Notes under the pieces: generated by a model
What the model saw: only the letters and a program-made list of their open reading frames with translations
The model's database searches: none
What the model was told of the DNA's origin: nothing
Position numbers and translations under genes: made by a program
Shown here: piece by piece, positions 9,601 through 20,606 of the stretch
Layout of the letters: each line of letters begins with the position of its first letter
Numbering within the stretch: position 1 is the stretch's first letter
Assembly: GCA_047495785.1 (NCBI GenBank)
Contig: JBLDXI010000057.1
Span: forward strand, 1 to 64,000
Reading direction: 5' to 3'
Source of the DNA: Lepidodermella squamata
Lineage: Eukaryota; Animalia; Gastrotricha
Length of the DNA stretch: 64,000 nt

Positions 9601-11471
9601 TGAGCCAAATAAATCGACTGGTAATTCATAGGTAGAAGCACCCAGTTTACGAAATCCTCCAGAGGACGACTTCCATAAAAAATATGAAGTCCACAACTAG
9701 AATGGCATCGCTGAATCCTCGCTTCGATGCAGTGAGGTATGCATACGACCTTTGCAACGATAAGGCATACTTGGAACTCATTGTTGTTATCAGCAAGTGA
9801 TGGCGAAAATGTCTCAGTGTCCCAAAAAACTAGGTTACGATAACGTTCCAGTTTATTCGCCGGTTTCAAGGGCTAAAAATACACCAACCACAGTATTTTG
9901 AAAAAAGCTGGACTGAAAAAAATGAGTATACCAAGGGAGTCATGAAGCAGAAGTGTGTGCCATTTTCTTCGTCGCTGGCTTTCAAAGGCTCCTGACAAAT
10001 GTGACAGCGCCGCCCGGGACACATAGCCTCATGCTTGAGAAAATGTACAAATTTCCTCCCGCATTTAAAGCATGGATTCTTTTTAGCACATTTGTGGTTT
10101 TGCTTACAACGTTCGCTATACAAAACTAAAAACATAAAAAGAGCTGAATAATAATGAAAAGGTTAAAAACATCAGACCTGCACGACATTGCGGACACCGC
10201 GTGTAGTTTTGTTGGTCTGTGTTGGAAATCACACGGCAAATGCTCCCTGATACACCTAAAATAATATTAATGATAAAAGAAGTGAAATTCAGGTTTTTCA
10301 TGTAAAAATTACGGCAGGAAGAGCATGCCAACTTGCATCTGTGCACAGCCGTACTCGTTTTCGTCTGAAAGCAAGTGGGGCATATTCGTTGTGCATTGCT
10401 AAGAGTGGCCTTCATAAAGTTGAGATTCGCAATGACATGAAAATGATGACTGTTGGGCTGAGAGACGTCGTTGCGATAAACCAGTAGAACAACAGGAAGC
10501 AACCCAAGGCTTACGCGATGATCAAATTCTGGGATTTCCCTAATAACATCCTGTGATTCGTACGAGTATACTACGAATCTGTAAGTATTATGTTCAGGAT
10601 CGATAGCCGAACACAGGGCTGAGTAATGATCATCTAGATTGTAGGCTGGAAGGTTGAGAGGTAAGCCCGCTTTCTGATATAGCGCCGTGGCTTCGCGAAA
10701 TTGACGATTGGTTCGCGTACTACGTATCGATTTGAAGGTTGCTTGAAGAGATGGATCCGTAGGATTCGCCTTCATGTGAGCCAAAGCCACTCCAGTGATG
10801 AGAGCTCTGCCCATGCAAAGATTGTTCGTTTCATTCTTGCGCGCTCCGATTCTAACGATCGATTTGGAGCGAAGAAAAAATTTGTCCAAAGTTTCGTTTA
10901 TAGCCCGCTCTGCCCGAGAACCACCAACAATTTGACCTAGATCTGCATTGGGGTTATCAATGACACAGAGACGAATTGTCCACCGACCAGCAAATGAGAG
11001 TTCTTCATTACTCTGTAATATTTTTCTCAGTTGATCAAAAATTGAAATTTCCAGCAACCGATCGCGTTTCATGAAGGGTAGGCTAAGAGGCATCTTCAAG
11101 TCGGGGTGGTACAGTGTTAGCCGGCAGAAGGAATTCACAGGTAAATCACGATGGATATTTACAACAATATCGAACAGGAAGTTGGCCAGAATATTGAAGC
11201 GGGTCTCCAAATCAATATTAGCCACCTGGTCGGCTGGTACGTTCTGCACAAATGATCGAATATTATCCAGTCGAGGTTCATCAGCGCCACCAGACAATTG
11301 AATCATCGGCCCAAGCGAACTAGAAGATTGGCCATATCTGTTGATGTAGGTTGAGGCAAAGTCGGATGTTACGGGCTGAATGAAGTACTCCACAGAAAAC
11401 ATTTTGAATTTTGTAGAATGAATCAGGCGATTACTTCGAATAAATGAGTATTGTAAACTATAGTTATCCAT
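6616..11471 (-). CDS. polB: Protein-primed family B DNA polymerase polyprotein (terminal protein, OTU-like protease, Zn fingers, exonuclease, VSR-like insert, polymerase); 11 exons
   Basis: Introns at 10256-10312, 10126-10177, 9873-9931, 9379-9438, 9249-9306, 8394-8454, 8024-8085, 7733-7789, 7150-7209, 6916-6970. The spliced frame is open and has FWDTET, AHNSANFD, FLDS, YCIQD, FFG/GRVEAF, DFNSLYP, KLVLNSFFGRF, YS/DTDS, K/GI, YDKR...TYPHGY. The first intron is in frame without a stop, so it is the least certain. Confidence 0.93.
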
Positions 11472-11588
11472 AACAATCTAAGATTAAAAATTTAAAATTG
11501 ATCGAATTTGGGAAGAGGTAAAACTTTATTACAAGGATAGATTGAAATAAATATTCAGTAAGTCATTTTAGTCAAGTTTTGTGTTAGC

Positions 11589-12110
11589 TTATTCATTGGC
11601 TGTTTCAATCATCGCTGCAACAGTTAACACCCCAGTTGCAAGGTCTTGAAACTGAGCTGCATCAAGAGAGACTCCTTGTCTTGAGGGTTGTTTATTTCCT
11701 AAAAAGTTAAATCATAAAAAGATTGCTATTACTGTAAATTTGAAGTAAATACCTTTAGCATCCAGATAAAACCTGCGTATATCTATAAGAATCGGTGAAA
11801 ATGATGGCACAAAGACACAGACTTCAATTTTGCATTCATGCATCGAAAATTTAAAGCCTGTGTTGTGAGATAGCAGGGCAAGTTGAGCCTGAGCAACCCA
11901 AGCATCATTCGGCGGTCGAAAATAAGGAACGAACTGGCTAAGAAATTCGTCTTGTCTAAAGGCGAGTTTTTTAGGCTTATCGTTCTTATCTTTGCGATCA
12001 GTCATTATGTAGATGAGATTAGAATCCTGAGGATGCTGTTGAATGACCAAGTTACTAGACATGTGATGATTGACTGTCTGGTTAGCAGATTCTACTATCG
12101 CCTCAGCCAT
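11589..12110 (-). CDS. PC4-like ssDNA-binding protein; intron 11699-11752
   Basis: Spliced product IDIRRFYLDAK/GNKQPSRQGVSLDAAQFQDL matches the PC4/Sub1 signature IDIRxxY...PxxxGISL. Confidence 0.8.
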
Positions 12111-12152
12111 GATTATTGAAAATTAAATCTAATGAAATAAGAATGTAAAACT

Positions 12153-12518
12153 TTAAGGGATGGGTTCTTTATATTGGCATAACTTTTCATGCCCAAAAAT
12201 GAGGTCATAAGTTAGAGTAATGGGACAGCCTTTATCAGAATATTGGCATTTGTAAATCAAATTCGAGATAATGTTCGATAAAATTACAGGGGGTTTAACG
12301 AAATCTTTCCCTGTTAATGATTCGCGGCAAAGTGGACAGCAACATACTGTTCGAGCTGAATTTTGAAAAATAGCGAGAACACATTTAGTACAAAATAAAT
12401 GGCCACAGGGGCGCGTTTGAATAGGATTAAGTAGGATAGATAAACAAATTGGACATTGCAAAGATTCAGCGTCTAAAATCTGGCTGTTCGAGAGCACAAG
12501 TCTTGTTGGATCCATCAA
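12153..12518 (-). CDS. C3HC4 RING finger plus TRAF/SIAH-type zinc finger protein (putative E3 ubiquitin ligase)
   Basis: CPIC...CGHLFCTKC...CPLC RING followed by CQYSDKGC...HEKLC. Confidence 0.88.
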   Translation of the reverse strand: MMDPTRLVLSNSQILDAESLQCPICLSILLNPIQTRPCGHLFCTKCVLAIFQNSARTVCCCPLCRESLTGKDFVKPPVILSNIISNLIYKCQYSDKGCPITLTYDLIFGHEKLCQYKEPIP

Positions 12519-12525
12519 TGAGGAT

Positions 12526-13290
12526 TCAAGTCTGAGAGATTACAGGCGTGATAAGAGAGGCAACATACTGAGAAGCTTGCTTTAGAACCTCAGAGGCATT
12601 CAAATTATCAGTGTCGATAACAAGCACGGGACATGGTAGGGATTTGTTTGTAGTCTCAACAGTACACATTTTTTCATGAAACTCATGTACGAGGCGTAAA
12701 TAATCCAGTGATAATAGCATTTCAGAACCCCGAGCTCTAGCTACGGCTCTTTGACAAGCTATTTGGGGAGAGGAGCGCAAGTAAATAATAGCTTCAGTTT
12801 TTACAAAATTCGGCTCGAAATTATCATACAAATTCATGAGAGCGTGATATTCGATAGAATTTATGCGCTTGGATGCATACGCACATGGGATAAAGACGTT
12901 TTTAGAACAGAAGGGCGTTCGATCATGCAGAACGATAGTATGCGCCCCGTAGATTTCAGGTTTGTGGTTAGGGGCTGAATAAAGGCCGCACATATCACTC
13001 GTGGCTACAATTTGAAAGTTGAACGCATTTTTCATCTGATAGTAATCTTTCAAAATGTTAGTTTTATCGTCATCAGTAAAGGACTCCCAACGATGAACAG
13101 GCTCGCAAATTGGCCACGCGGTATATCCCTGAAGTTTACGGTTGAGTGAAGGTAGATTAGTGAGACCCTCGATTAAGGTTGATTTCCCGCTAAAACAAGA
13201 GACTTTAAATAGAATTCTATTCGGTGGAGTATATGAGACTTACGCCCCAATGTTGCCGACTATGCCGAAATGGTAGACTTTAGGATGCAT
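12526..13290 (-). CDS. Deoxynucleoside kinase (dNK/TK2 family); intron 13190-13243
   Basis: Spliced P-loop GIVGNIGA/GKST, EPVHRWE, AFNFQ, DRTPF and IIYLRSSPQIACQRAVARARGSE lid. Confidence 0.88.
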
Positions 13291-13724
13291 CCAGCTTGCT
13301 TCAAGAAATATGCTAAGTGTATTCTTGAAGCATCTCTCTTAAATAGTCTGAGTGATATTTCCATAAAAGGAAAAAACAGGGAGATGTTTTGTTTGAATTG
13401 TTTAAGGTAATTACACCGTAAAGGGTAAAAAATCCTAATTGCTTTTTATTTTGATAAGTAAAAAATCGCATTGTTTAATTAGGGAGGATGTATAAGATTT
13501 ATTGACATGATGTTTTCTTATTGAATTACCGACAGCAATTAAGGAGGATGTATACAATACCAAGAATCTTTGATGAAAAGCATTAAAGCCAGCACTGAGG
13601 GGTCAACAGAGCTAAAGGCCCTAATGCATTTTTAAGGAAGATTGAATTACAAAAACAATATGCCTGAAAGGAGGTAGCCGCTCACATAAAAATCGAACCT
13701 CAGTAACAATATAAATTATAAAAT

Positions 13725-14228
13725 ATGAAGCTGAAGGTAGAGCTAACAAGTAACAAAGCTAAAGAACCGACAAAGCATACTAAAGGCTCTGTGGGTTGGG
13801 ACATCTATTCAGCAGAAGAGACGACACTGCAACCTGGAACCAGGGGACTGATTCAAACTGATATTAAAATCTGTTTACCACGAGGATATTATGGACAACT
13901 ATTCAGTCGATCAGGAATGAGCATCAACCATGGAATCGATACGGTCGCTGGAGTAATAGGTAAGAAGCAAATAATAATGAAAATTACTAATGAATATCTG
14001 TATTTTTCATGAATTAAAGACGCCGACTACACCGGAAAAATCGTAGTCTGCCTTGCAAACAACAGCAAAACACCTTACAAGATTAAAATAGGCGACCGTA
14101 TTACCCAGTTGGTGTGTTTAAAATATGGTCGCTTAGAATCTGCAGTAACGGTAACGGGGCCATTGAAAAACGCTCTAGCAGCAAATTCGACCCGTGGCGA
14201 TAACGGATTCGGTTCATCTGGACGTTAA
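13725..14228 (+). CDS. dut: Trimeric dUTPase; intron 13960-14019
   Basis: GSVGWDI, SRSG, spliced AGVI/DADYTG, GDRITQLV and RGDNGFGSSG (motifs I-V). Confidence 0.93.
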
Positions 14229-14494
14229 CCCCTCCAATCAAGCCGCTACAAATCTCTGAACAAATGAATAGAAAAACTGATAAGACTTATCCCAGCTATA
14301 AATTCATTGCTTGAAACGTTAAGACTAATAAAAAGTGTTTGTGTGAATGAAAAAGGGCTCTATTGCAGCTGCACTAAAGAAGCAGTGTAAAAATGATTAG
14401 TTTAGCTCATAACAGGTGAAAAAACGAAGATTTGTTTATTTTAGTTAGGTGAAATCATAGCAGTGGGTTAAAACGAAGGTATATTGACAAGAAG

Positions 14495-14681
14495 CGGCTA
14501 TAGTACAAATCGCCGTACTGCTATTACTCATCCCCAAATTGCGTATATTTATACCAAACGGGTATAGTAAAAATCGCCGTACTGCCATTACTGATCGCAA
14601 ATTGCGTATATTTATACCAAACGGCTATAGTAAAAATCGCCGTACTGCTATTACTGATCCAAAGTTCCCATCCTTACTACT
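14495..14681. repeat. Right terminal region: ~2.6 tandem copies of a 63-64 bp unit followed by the ACTACT end
   Basis: Unit CGG(C/G)TATAGTA(C/A)AAATCGCCGTACTGC(T/C)ATTACT...AAATTGCGTATATTTATACCAAA starts at 14495, 14559 and 14622. Confidence 0.85.
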
Positions 14682-15020
14682 CCAGGCGAGAAATCTTGCA
14701 ATTTTTCAATTGCATTTTAGATATTATAGGTTAATAACGTGAATACAGAATTCAGGTATTAACAATTAAATATCACAGTTTGAGTACATTCTCAATTTAT
14801 TTTCAATTTATAATTCAACCTGCCCTTTAAATTTGCATAGGCTAATGTTCTCTCTCGGCGAATTATCGCAAAGACTGGAACATATTTTTTTGCATTTTCA
14901 ATGGACTATTTTAAGGTTACTCTCGCGCCTGACGGCGCATCACGCAACGACACGCGATCACGTTGAAAATGTCGTTGAGATTTTCTAGAAAAAAATCATT
15001 TTCCAATTTCATTTTTCTCA

Positions 15021-18000
15021 ATGCGTCAGTTATTTATCGCCATTTCTATCGCATTTCTCAGCAGTGGGGCTGTTGTATCAGCTGGAAGCTGGGTTCGCTG
15101 CTTCTCGCAATTCGACAACACCTTTGTCGGCTGCTCTGATTCACCCTGCAAACGGCTTTCCGAGTTCCTAGTATCAAATAATTTTTTCTTAATTTATCTG
15201 AAATATTATAAATTTTTCCTTTGCAGTGGGGTCGAAATTTCACCACCTGGGATGATTGTCGAAAGACGGTAGATTTTTTCAGACATTTTTAAAGATAAAT
15301 TCAGAAATTCATCGAAATAGAGTGCCCGGATGTGCTATGACTATGACGCATTGACGCCAAAATGCCGCCCAGTCAGCGTTCCTTGCAATAGCAACGAAAT
15401 CGAGGTATCAAACTTGCTCAATTTGCTGTTTTTCTCAGAATTTTTTTGTTTTTTTTTTGGTGATAGATTTTCCGATACCAGGGCTCTGAGTTACTGCGCG
15501 GAAACCTGCTCGATTGCGAGGACGATATTCCCAATTTTAAGGTGACCTACCTTCAACTTGTTGAATAATTTCATTGTGCCGTTCTAGAATTGGAAGGCGA
15601 GACAATGCCTGCGTGATAACAAAATAGCTACATGCATTCCGATGAAACCTAACCCGTTGGAACCCAATAAAGCCCCGGCCCAGTGTCCCGAACCTTTGAA
15701 GGTCACGTTTTTCTTTACTTTGAGCACTCTGAATAATTGTGCCTATTTATTCAAGGGAGGAAAGGTTTACCAGAGCTGGCTGGTCTGCATCAATCGCCAA
15801 GGTGATCCAACTTTCCAATTTCGCTAATAAAATTTAGAAAATTTAAAACAGTTACCTACCAGAATTTTCGGCGTCGATACCTTGAGGATTATTATTAAAA
15901 TTTAAAAACTGCCAATCATTTTTTTTATTCATTTTTGGAATTTCTGAAAAAATTCAAAATTGCGGTGCTACTCAAATATTTTTTTTCTGGATAAAAATTG
16001 AATTTTTAATGGCCAAAGTAGATTTTTAGGTGACATTTAAATTCTTGAAACCTTTGGTGTTGTAGGTAGAAATAAATTCGTCTAACGCCGCCAAATAATT
16101 TTTGTGATTTTTTGTTTTGATTTCTGCCACAGTTCAAGTACCTGATAGGATGAAGCCGCAGGTCAGGTGTTTCGACCAGGCGACGAGGACGTTCATTGGC
16201 TGCCGCCTTCAATCCGATGGCTGCACGCCTGGTACGACCCCGGAGTACTCGCCAGGCCTACAAAGCCCCGTCGGCGTCTACAGATACCGCGATCTCTGCC
16301 TGTCGTGGGTGAGTTCACGACTTATTTTGACCACGATGAATTAGAGAAAGGCTTTGTTTGAATTTTTCTCTTCATTTAAATTTGAGAAATTTCATCGAAT
16401 TTCATTGAATTTGAATTTTCAGTTAATATGAAAAAAGTTTGCTAGGAATGGAAAGAATGAAATGAAAATATAGACAAATTATTTTCAAAAACTTGGATCG
16501 TAAATACTTCATCATTCATCACTTTTTTCAAGGTGCGAGAAGAGGACCGAAATCATACAAATTTCGAACGAATTTTTTGTCTATAAATCGGATTTATTTT
16601 CCGAATTTTAAAACGAATTTCACATTTTCTGACCTGGTCTGCCGAGTCCCGCCGCGGAAAATTTTAGGTTTTTGAAACATATTCAGGGATTGTATCATTC
16701 GAAAATAATTTTGTAGCTATTATAGGTTGGTTCAAGTTGGTATTATCGACAATTAATAAATTCTGAAGTCTTTTATTTTCTTTAGTTCGCAGCACTGTGC
16801 CCTACGCCAAGTGGAAACCGGTGTTATAGCCGCTGTCCTAACGGCTCTCAACCGGTTTGTTTATTTGACCTTCAATTTAAAGTGATCAACTCTTCCTTGG
16901 TTAACAGTTGAAAATCTACGATTCGTCTTCGAGCTTCGATACCAACTACAACGCTTGCTTGAATCAGCTGAACAATGGCCCGGTAACGTCTTTTTTCGAG
17001 ATTTTACTTGGAAATAACTGGTCTCATCCGCGTGATAGGCGAAGCTTTGCGTTGATACCAATACCCGTGAGCCTGCCCTTTGCACGAGCGTCGACTCTGA
17101 TTGCCCAGCCGGACAGGTGAGCTGAGAGCCCAGAATGCGATCAATCTCCTTTGTTGTTTAATGTACCCGTTTGGCCCTCAGCTACCATCAGGCTTCACGT
17201 TTCCGAATTTGGCGGCCTGTGCACCATGTGAGCTTAAATTTGAATTAACCTGATTCTTTTTATCGTTTTTCTTTACAATAGGGACGAACTTGGGCTGTTC
17301 GGCTGATAGAAAATTCGCCCCGCTGTACTTTGGCAAAACTTGGTCCGAAGCCGGGCAGGCGTGTGCGTCGCTGAACACTCGTCTCGCTCAAGTCGATAGT
17401 GCCACGGAGCAATCAGCCATCGCTCCTCTAGCGAGTGGGTGATTTTGTTTTAATTTTAATTTCAAATGATGGCGAAAAGCCACTAAGTATAAATCTGGCG
17501 GTTTTTAACACGGGATTTATTACTGAAAATTTAGAAAATTTCAGAAAATTCTTCCAATTCGTCGACAGGTTTTTAGTCGGTTGATCGGACGCTGGGAATT
17601 TTTTTAAATTATTTAACATTATTTTGGTCTGTTGAATTCTAGTAATTTTTTCCACGCTTGAGTGCCGAATTCGGATGATTGAGATTTTTTAAACTTTCTA
17701 AACTCATTGCGGACATCTTGAGATTGGCAGAGGAATAACGTTTTTCTACAATTAAGGTTGGGAAATGAGTATTAGGTCATAAAATCGCTCAACAACAAAT
17801 TCACAGTTATTCGACCGAATTGCTTTGGCAAAAGTTCCAAGCAGTATGACTTTCATGTGGTTTTAAGATCTGCCTTATTTTCAATTTTTTTTCAAGGAAT
17901 TATCACATATGTTTTAAAATAAAAATTGCAATTGTGCATTGTTCTAACTCCCAATATTCGCTCTTTTAAAAAGAATTCGAAAAGCACCTGCGCGAAAGTG

Positions 18001-20606
18001 AGCTATGAAAACTAGTCATTATTGGATTGATTGAATAATTATGATGAACTTCAGCATGAATTTGATTTTTCTCGAATTTAAAAAATTATTCTTTTTATAT
18101 ATTTCCAAAATGTTTAAATTTATGAGCAAAATCTGATTTTAACCTTCGAGAATTTTCGTTCTGATTTACCTCTCTTGACAGTTTTGAAACCCCCAGATTA
18201 TTGGGAAGTAGTTAGATCGCGGCATCCTTTCTTTATGATAACGAGGGCGTTTATGACAATCCTCGTCGTCACTTTGTACCCAAAATTAGCTTTTAGACTA
18301 TGAAAAGTGTTCATATATTGCTCACCTAGTGGAATAATATAGAAATCTGGCAAGGGCTATCGCATTTCGCATTAGTTGAAGCTTGATTTCACAATGTCGA
18401 CCCTGTCTGTTGAAATTTAGACCTGAATCTTCCGTGGGGCTGCAACGGCTTCTGGTTTGGCGGGAGAACCGGCGAGGATGTACGTTCACGAACCTACGTG
18501 TGGGGCGATACGCAAGGCCGTGCGCTTGGGTACTCCAACTGGGGACAAAGCGAGCCTGATTTCTCAGGCTGCGGTTCGGGGCCAAATTACTGCCTTCGCA
18601 TGTCCTCGACCGGCACTTGGGATGACATCGATTGCAACAACGTCAACCTGAACGGCGCTCTTTGCGAGAGGACTTGCCCAGAACAGACTATCAAGCTGTG
18701 TGTCGGCCCTGGGACATTCGAGTGCCGGTTACTGGGGGCAGCTGATTGTGGGGAAGGAACTTATTTGGTAATTCCTCGAATCAAAGTATAGTTTTCGCAA
18801 ATTATCCTCGCGATTCCAGGCAAGCTATTTCGACGCAAAAGCCACTGCGGATGAGAACGCCGCTGATTGTGCCGCTGCCGGGAATTCAGATGTGAGCCCC
18901 ATTCACAATCCCCCAGCCATTATTTTTAACTTCATTTTTTTAGGGAATTTTCAGGCTTTGTAGGTCTGGAAGTGTCCCGACTTTGTGCGTGCCGGTCGAT
19001 ATTCCATGCCCTAATGAACTCGCAAGTTTTTTGTAGCTACCAGCTTCGTCCTATTTTTATTGACTCTAGCAGGTGGATACCGGGTACCAATTCCCTAATC
19101 TGATTTCCTGCGTACGATGTTAGTTATTTCTGATAGCAATTAATATAAGCAATTTAACGCGGCCGGTTGTTCACAGGGCTGGATCTCGATTGCCCGTCTT
19201 ACAGCAAATTCGCGCCCATCTACAGCAGTTTGACCTGGAATGCAGCTAACGATGCGTGTTCTTCTCTCGGAGCCCGTCTAGCTCAAATCGATTCCGCGGA
19301 TGAGCAATCTGCAATACTACCATTAGCTGGTGAGTTTTAAGTATATGGTCACCTCCTAGAAGGTGTACTAACTCAATCTCAGACCTTAAGAAACCGTGGG
19401 GCTGCAACGGCTTGTGGATCGGAGGAAAGCATGGCTCAGACGTGATTGGAAAAACCTTCTTCTGGGGCAGCAATAACCCTCGCCAGTTCGGATATTCCAA
19501 CTGGGCTCCAGGCCAGCCTGACTTAATGGCTGTCTGCGGTCCCGGTCCGGGTCTGTGCGCTCGTGTGAGCTCAACCGGCACGTGGGACGATGTCAACTGC
19601 GGCTCGAGCCTGGACGGGGCTATCTGCGAGAAAACTTGCCCTGAGAAAACAGCTGTTCTCTGTCTTGAATCGGGCACTCACACTTGCGTAGCCAGCAACA
19701 CAGGATGCCCTACTACTAATCCTGTAAATCAAAGGAGAAAACCCTTCTTTCATGAATTATCTCTCGCTTTTCTCTAGCGTGCTTATTTCGATAGCAAGAA
19801 TACACTCGAACTCAACATTCAAGATTGCGAAGCTGCCTGGAATGCCACGGTTAGTGATTTTGCTATGTCCGAACGCGCGAAATCGACTTCGATTTTTCTC
19901 AGGGTCCCTTCAAATTGTGCGTCAAAAACAGCCAGCCTGTATTTTGCGTGCCGCATGACATCTTGTGCCCTGTCGACGCGGTAATTTTCGACGCGTATGT
20001 ACATTCAAAAAAATTGCAATTTTGCATCACCAGCCCGATTACGGATTCACTTTCTCAGACAGAGCAATATGCGATATGTGTAAGGAGATCGCACGCTGTT
20101 TTGAATTTTCAATTTCAATCCTTATCTATGAACAGGGACTACTCTTGAGGGCTGCTCGTCCGATAACAGATTTGCTCCGTTATATCGTTCCGGGTTGAAA
20201 CATGACGATGCAGAAGCGGCTTGTGCTGGTTTAAGCTCTCAGCTGACTTGGGTATGGGACGGATTTGCTCAAACTGTTGTTGACAGATTCGCAAGTAAGA
20301 TTTCTGGTGGATTTAAGGTCCATTTAACTTTCCGAAAATTTTTCGAATGTAGATCTCGGCCTGCCTTGGGGTTGCAACGGCGTGTGGATAGGTGGCAAGA
20401 ATAACAATGGAACTTATTATTGGAAAGATGGGGTTCCGGTCGGCCCTGGCAAAAAATGGCAAGAAAGTAATCCCGATTTCGCGAAAACTTGTGGCTCCGA
20501 TTCAAGTGATGCTCTTTGTATTCGCGTGGCCTCTGACGGGACTTGGGACGATGTCCAGTGTTCCAGCCCGCTTGATGGTGTCATCTGCGAGCATTGCCTA
20601 AGTTGA
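15021..20606 (+). CDS. Secreted multi-exon protein with Cys-rich repeats and three C-type lectin domains (exon model approximate)
   Basis: Signal peptide MRQLFIAISIAFLSSGAVVSA. CTLDs with PWGCNGxWxGG, YSNW..EPD / QPD / NPD and WDD..C....G.ICE at about 17300-18680, 19190-19640 and 20150-20606. Confidence 0.8.

Larger units (their letters stand above)
1..14681. mobile_element. Polinton/Maverick (adintovirus-like) endogenous virus, right-hand portion; left end and integrase outside the window
   Basis: Co-located minor capsid, major capsid, adenain, packaging ATPase and protein-primed PolB genes. Ends in ...CCTTACTACT (14681), the reverse complement of the AGTAGT Polinton terminus, after subterminal tandem repeats; host-type genes follow. 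Confidence 0.95.

Noticed and set aside
6616-11471. polB as a frameshifted, decayed pseudogene
   Set aside because: Every break is bounded by GT...AG at 52-62 nt spacing and removal restores conserved motifs in frame.
14495-14663. CRISPR-like array, or the 14539-14742 ORF
   Set aside because: Units are wholly repeated with no unique spacers, the context is eukaryotic, and the ORF is just a translation of the terminal repeat.
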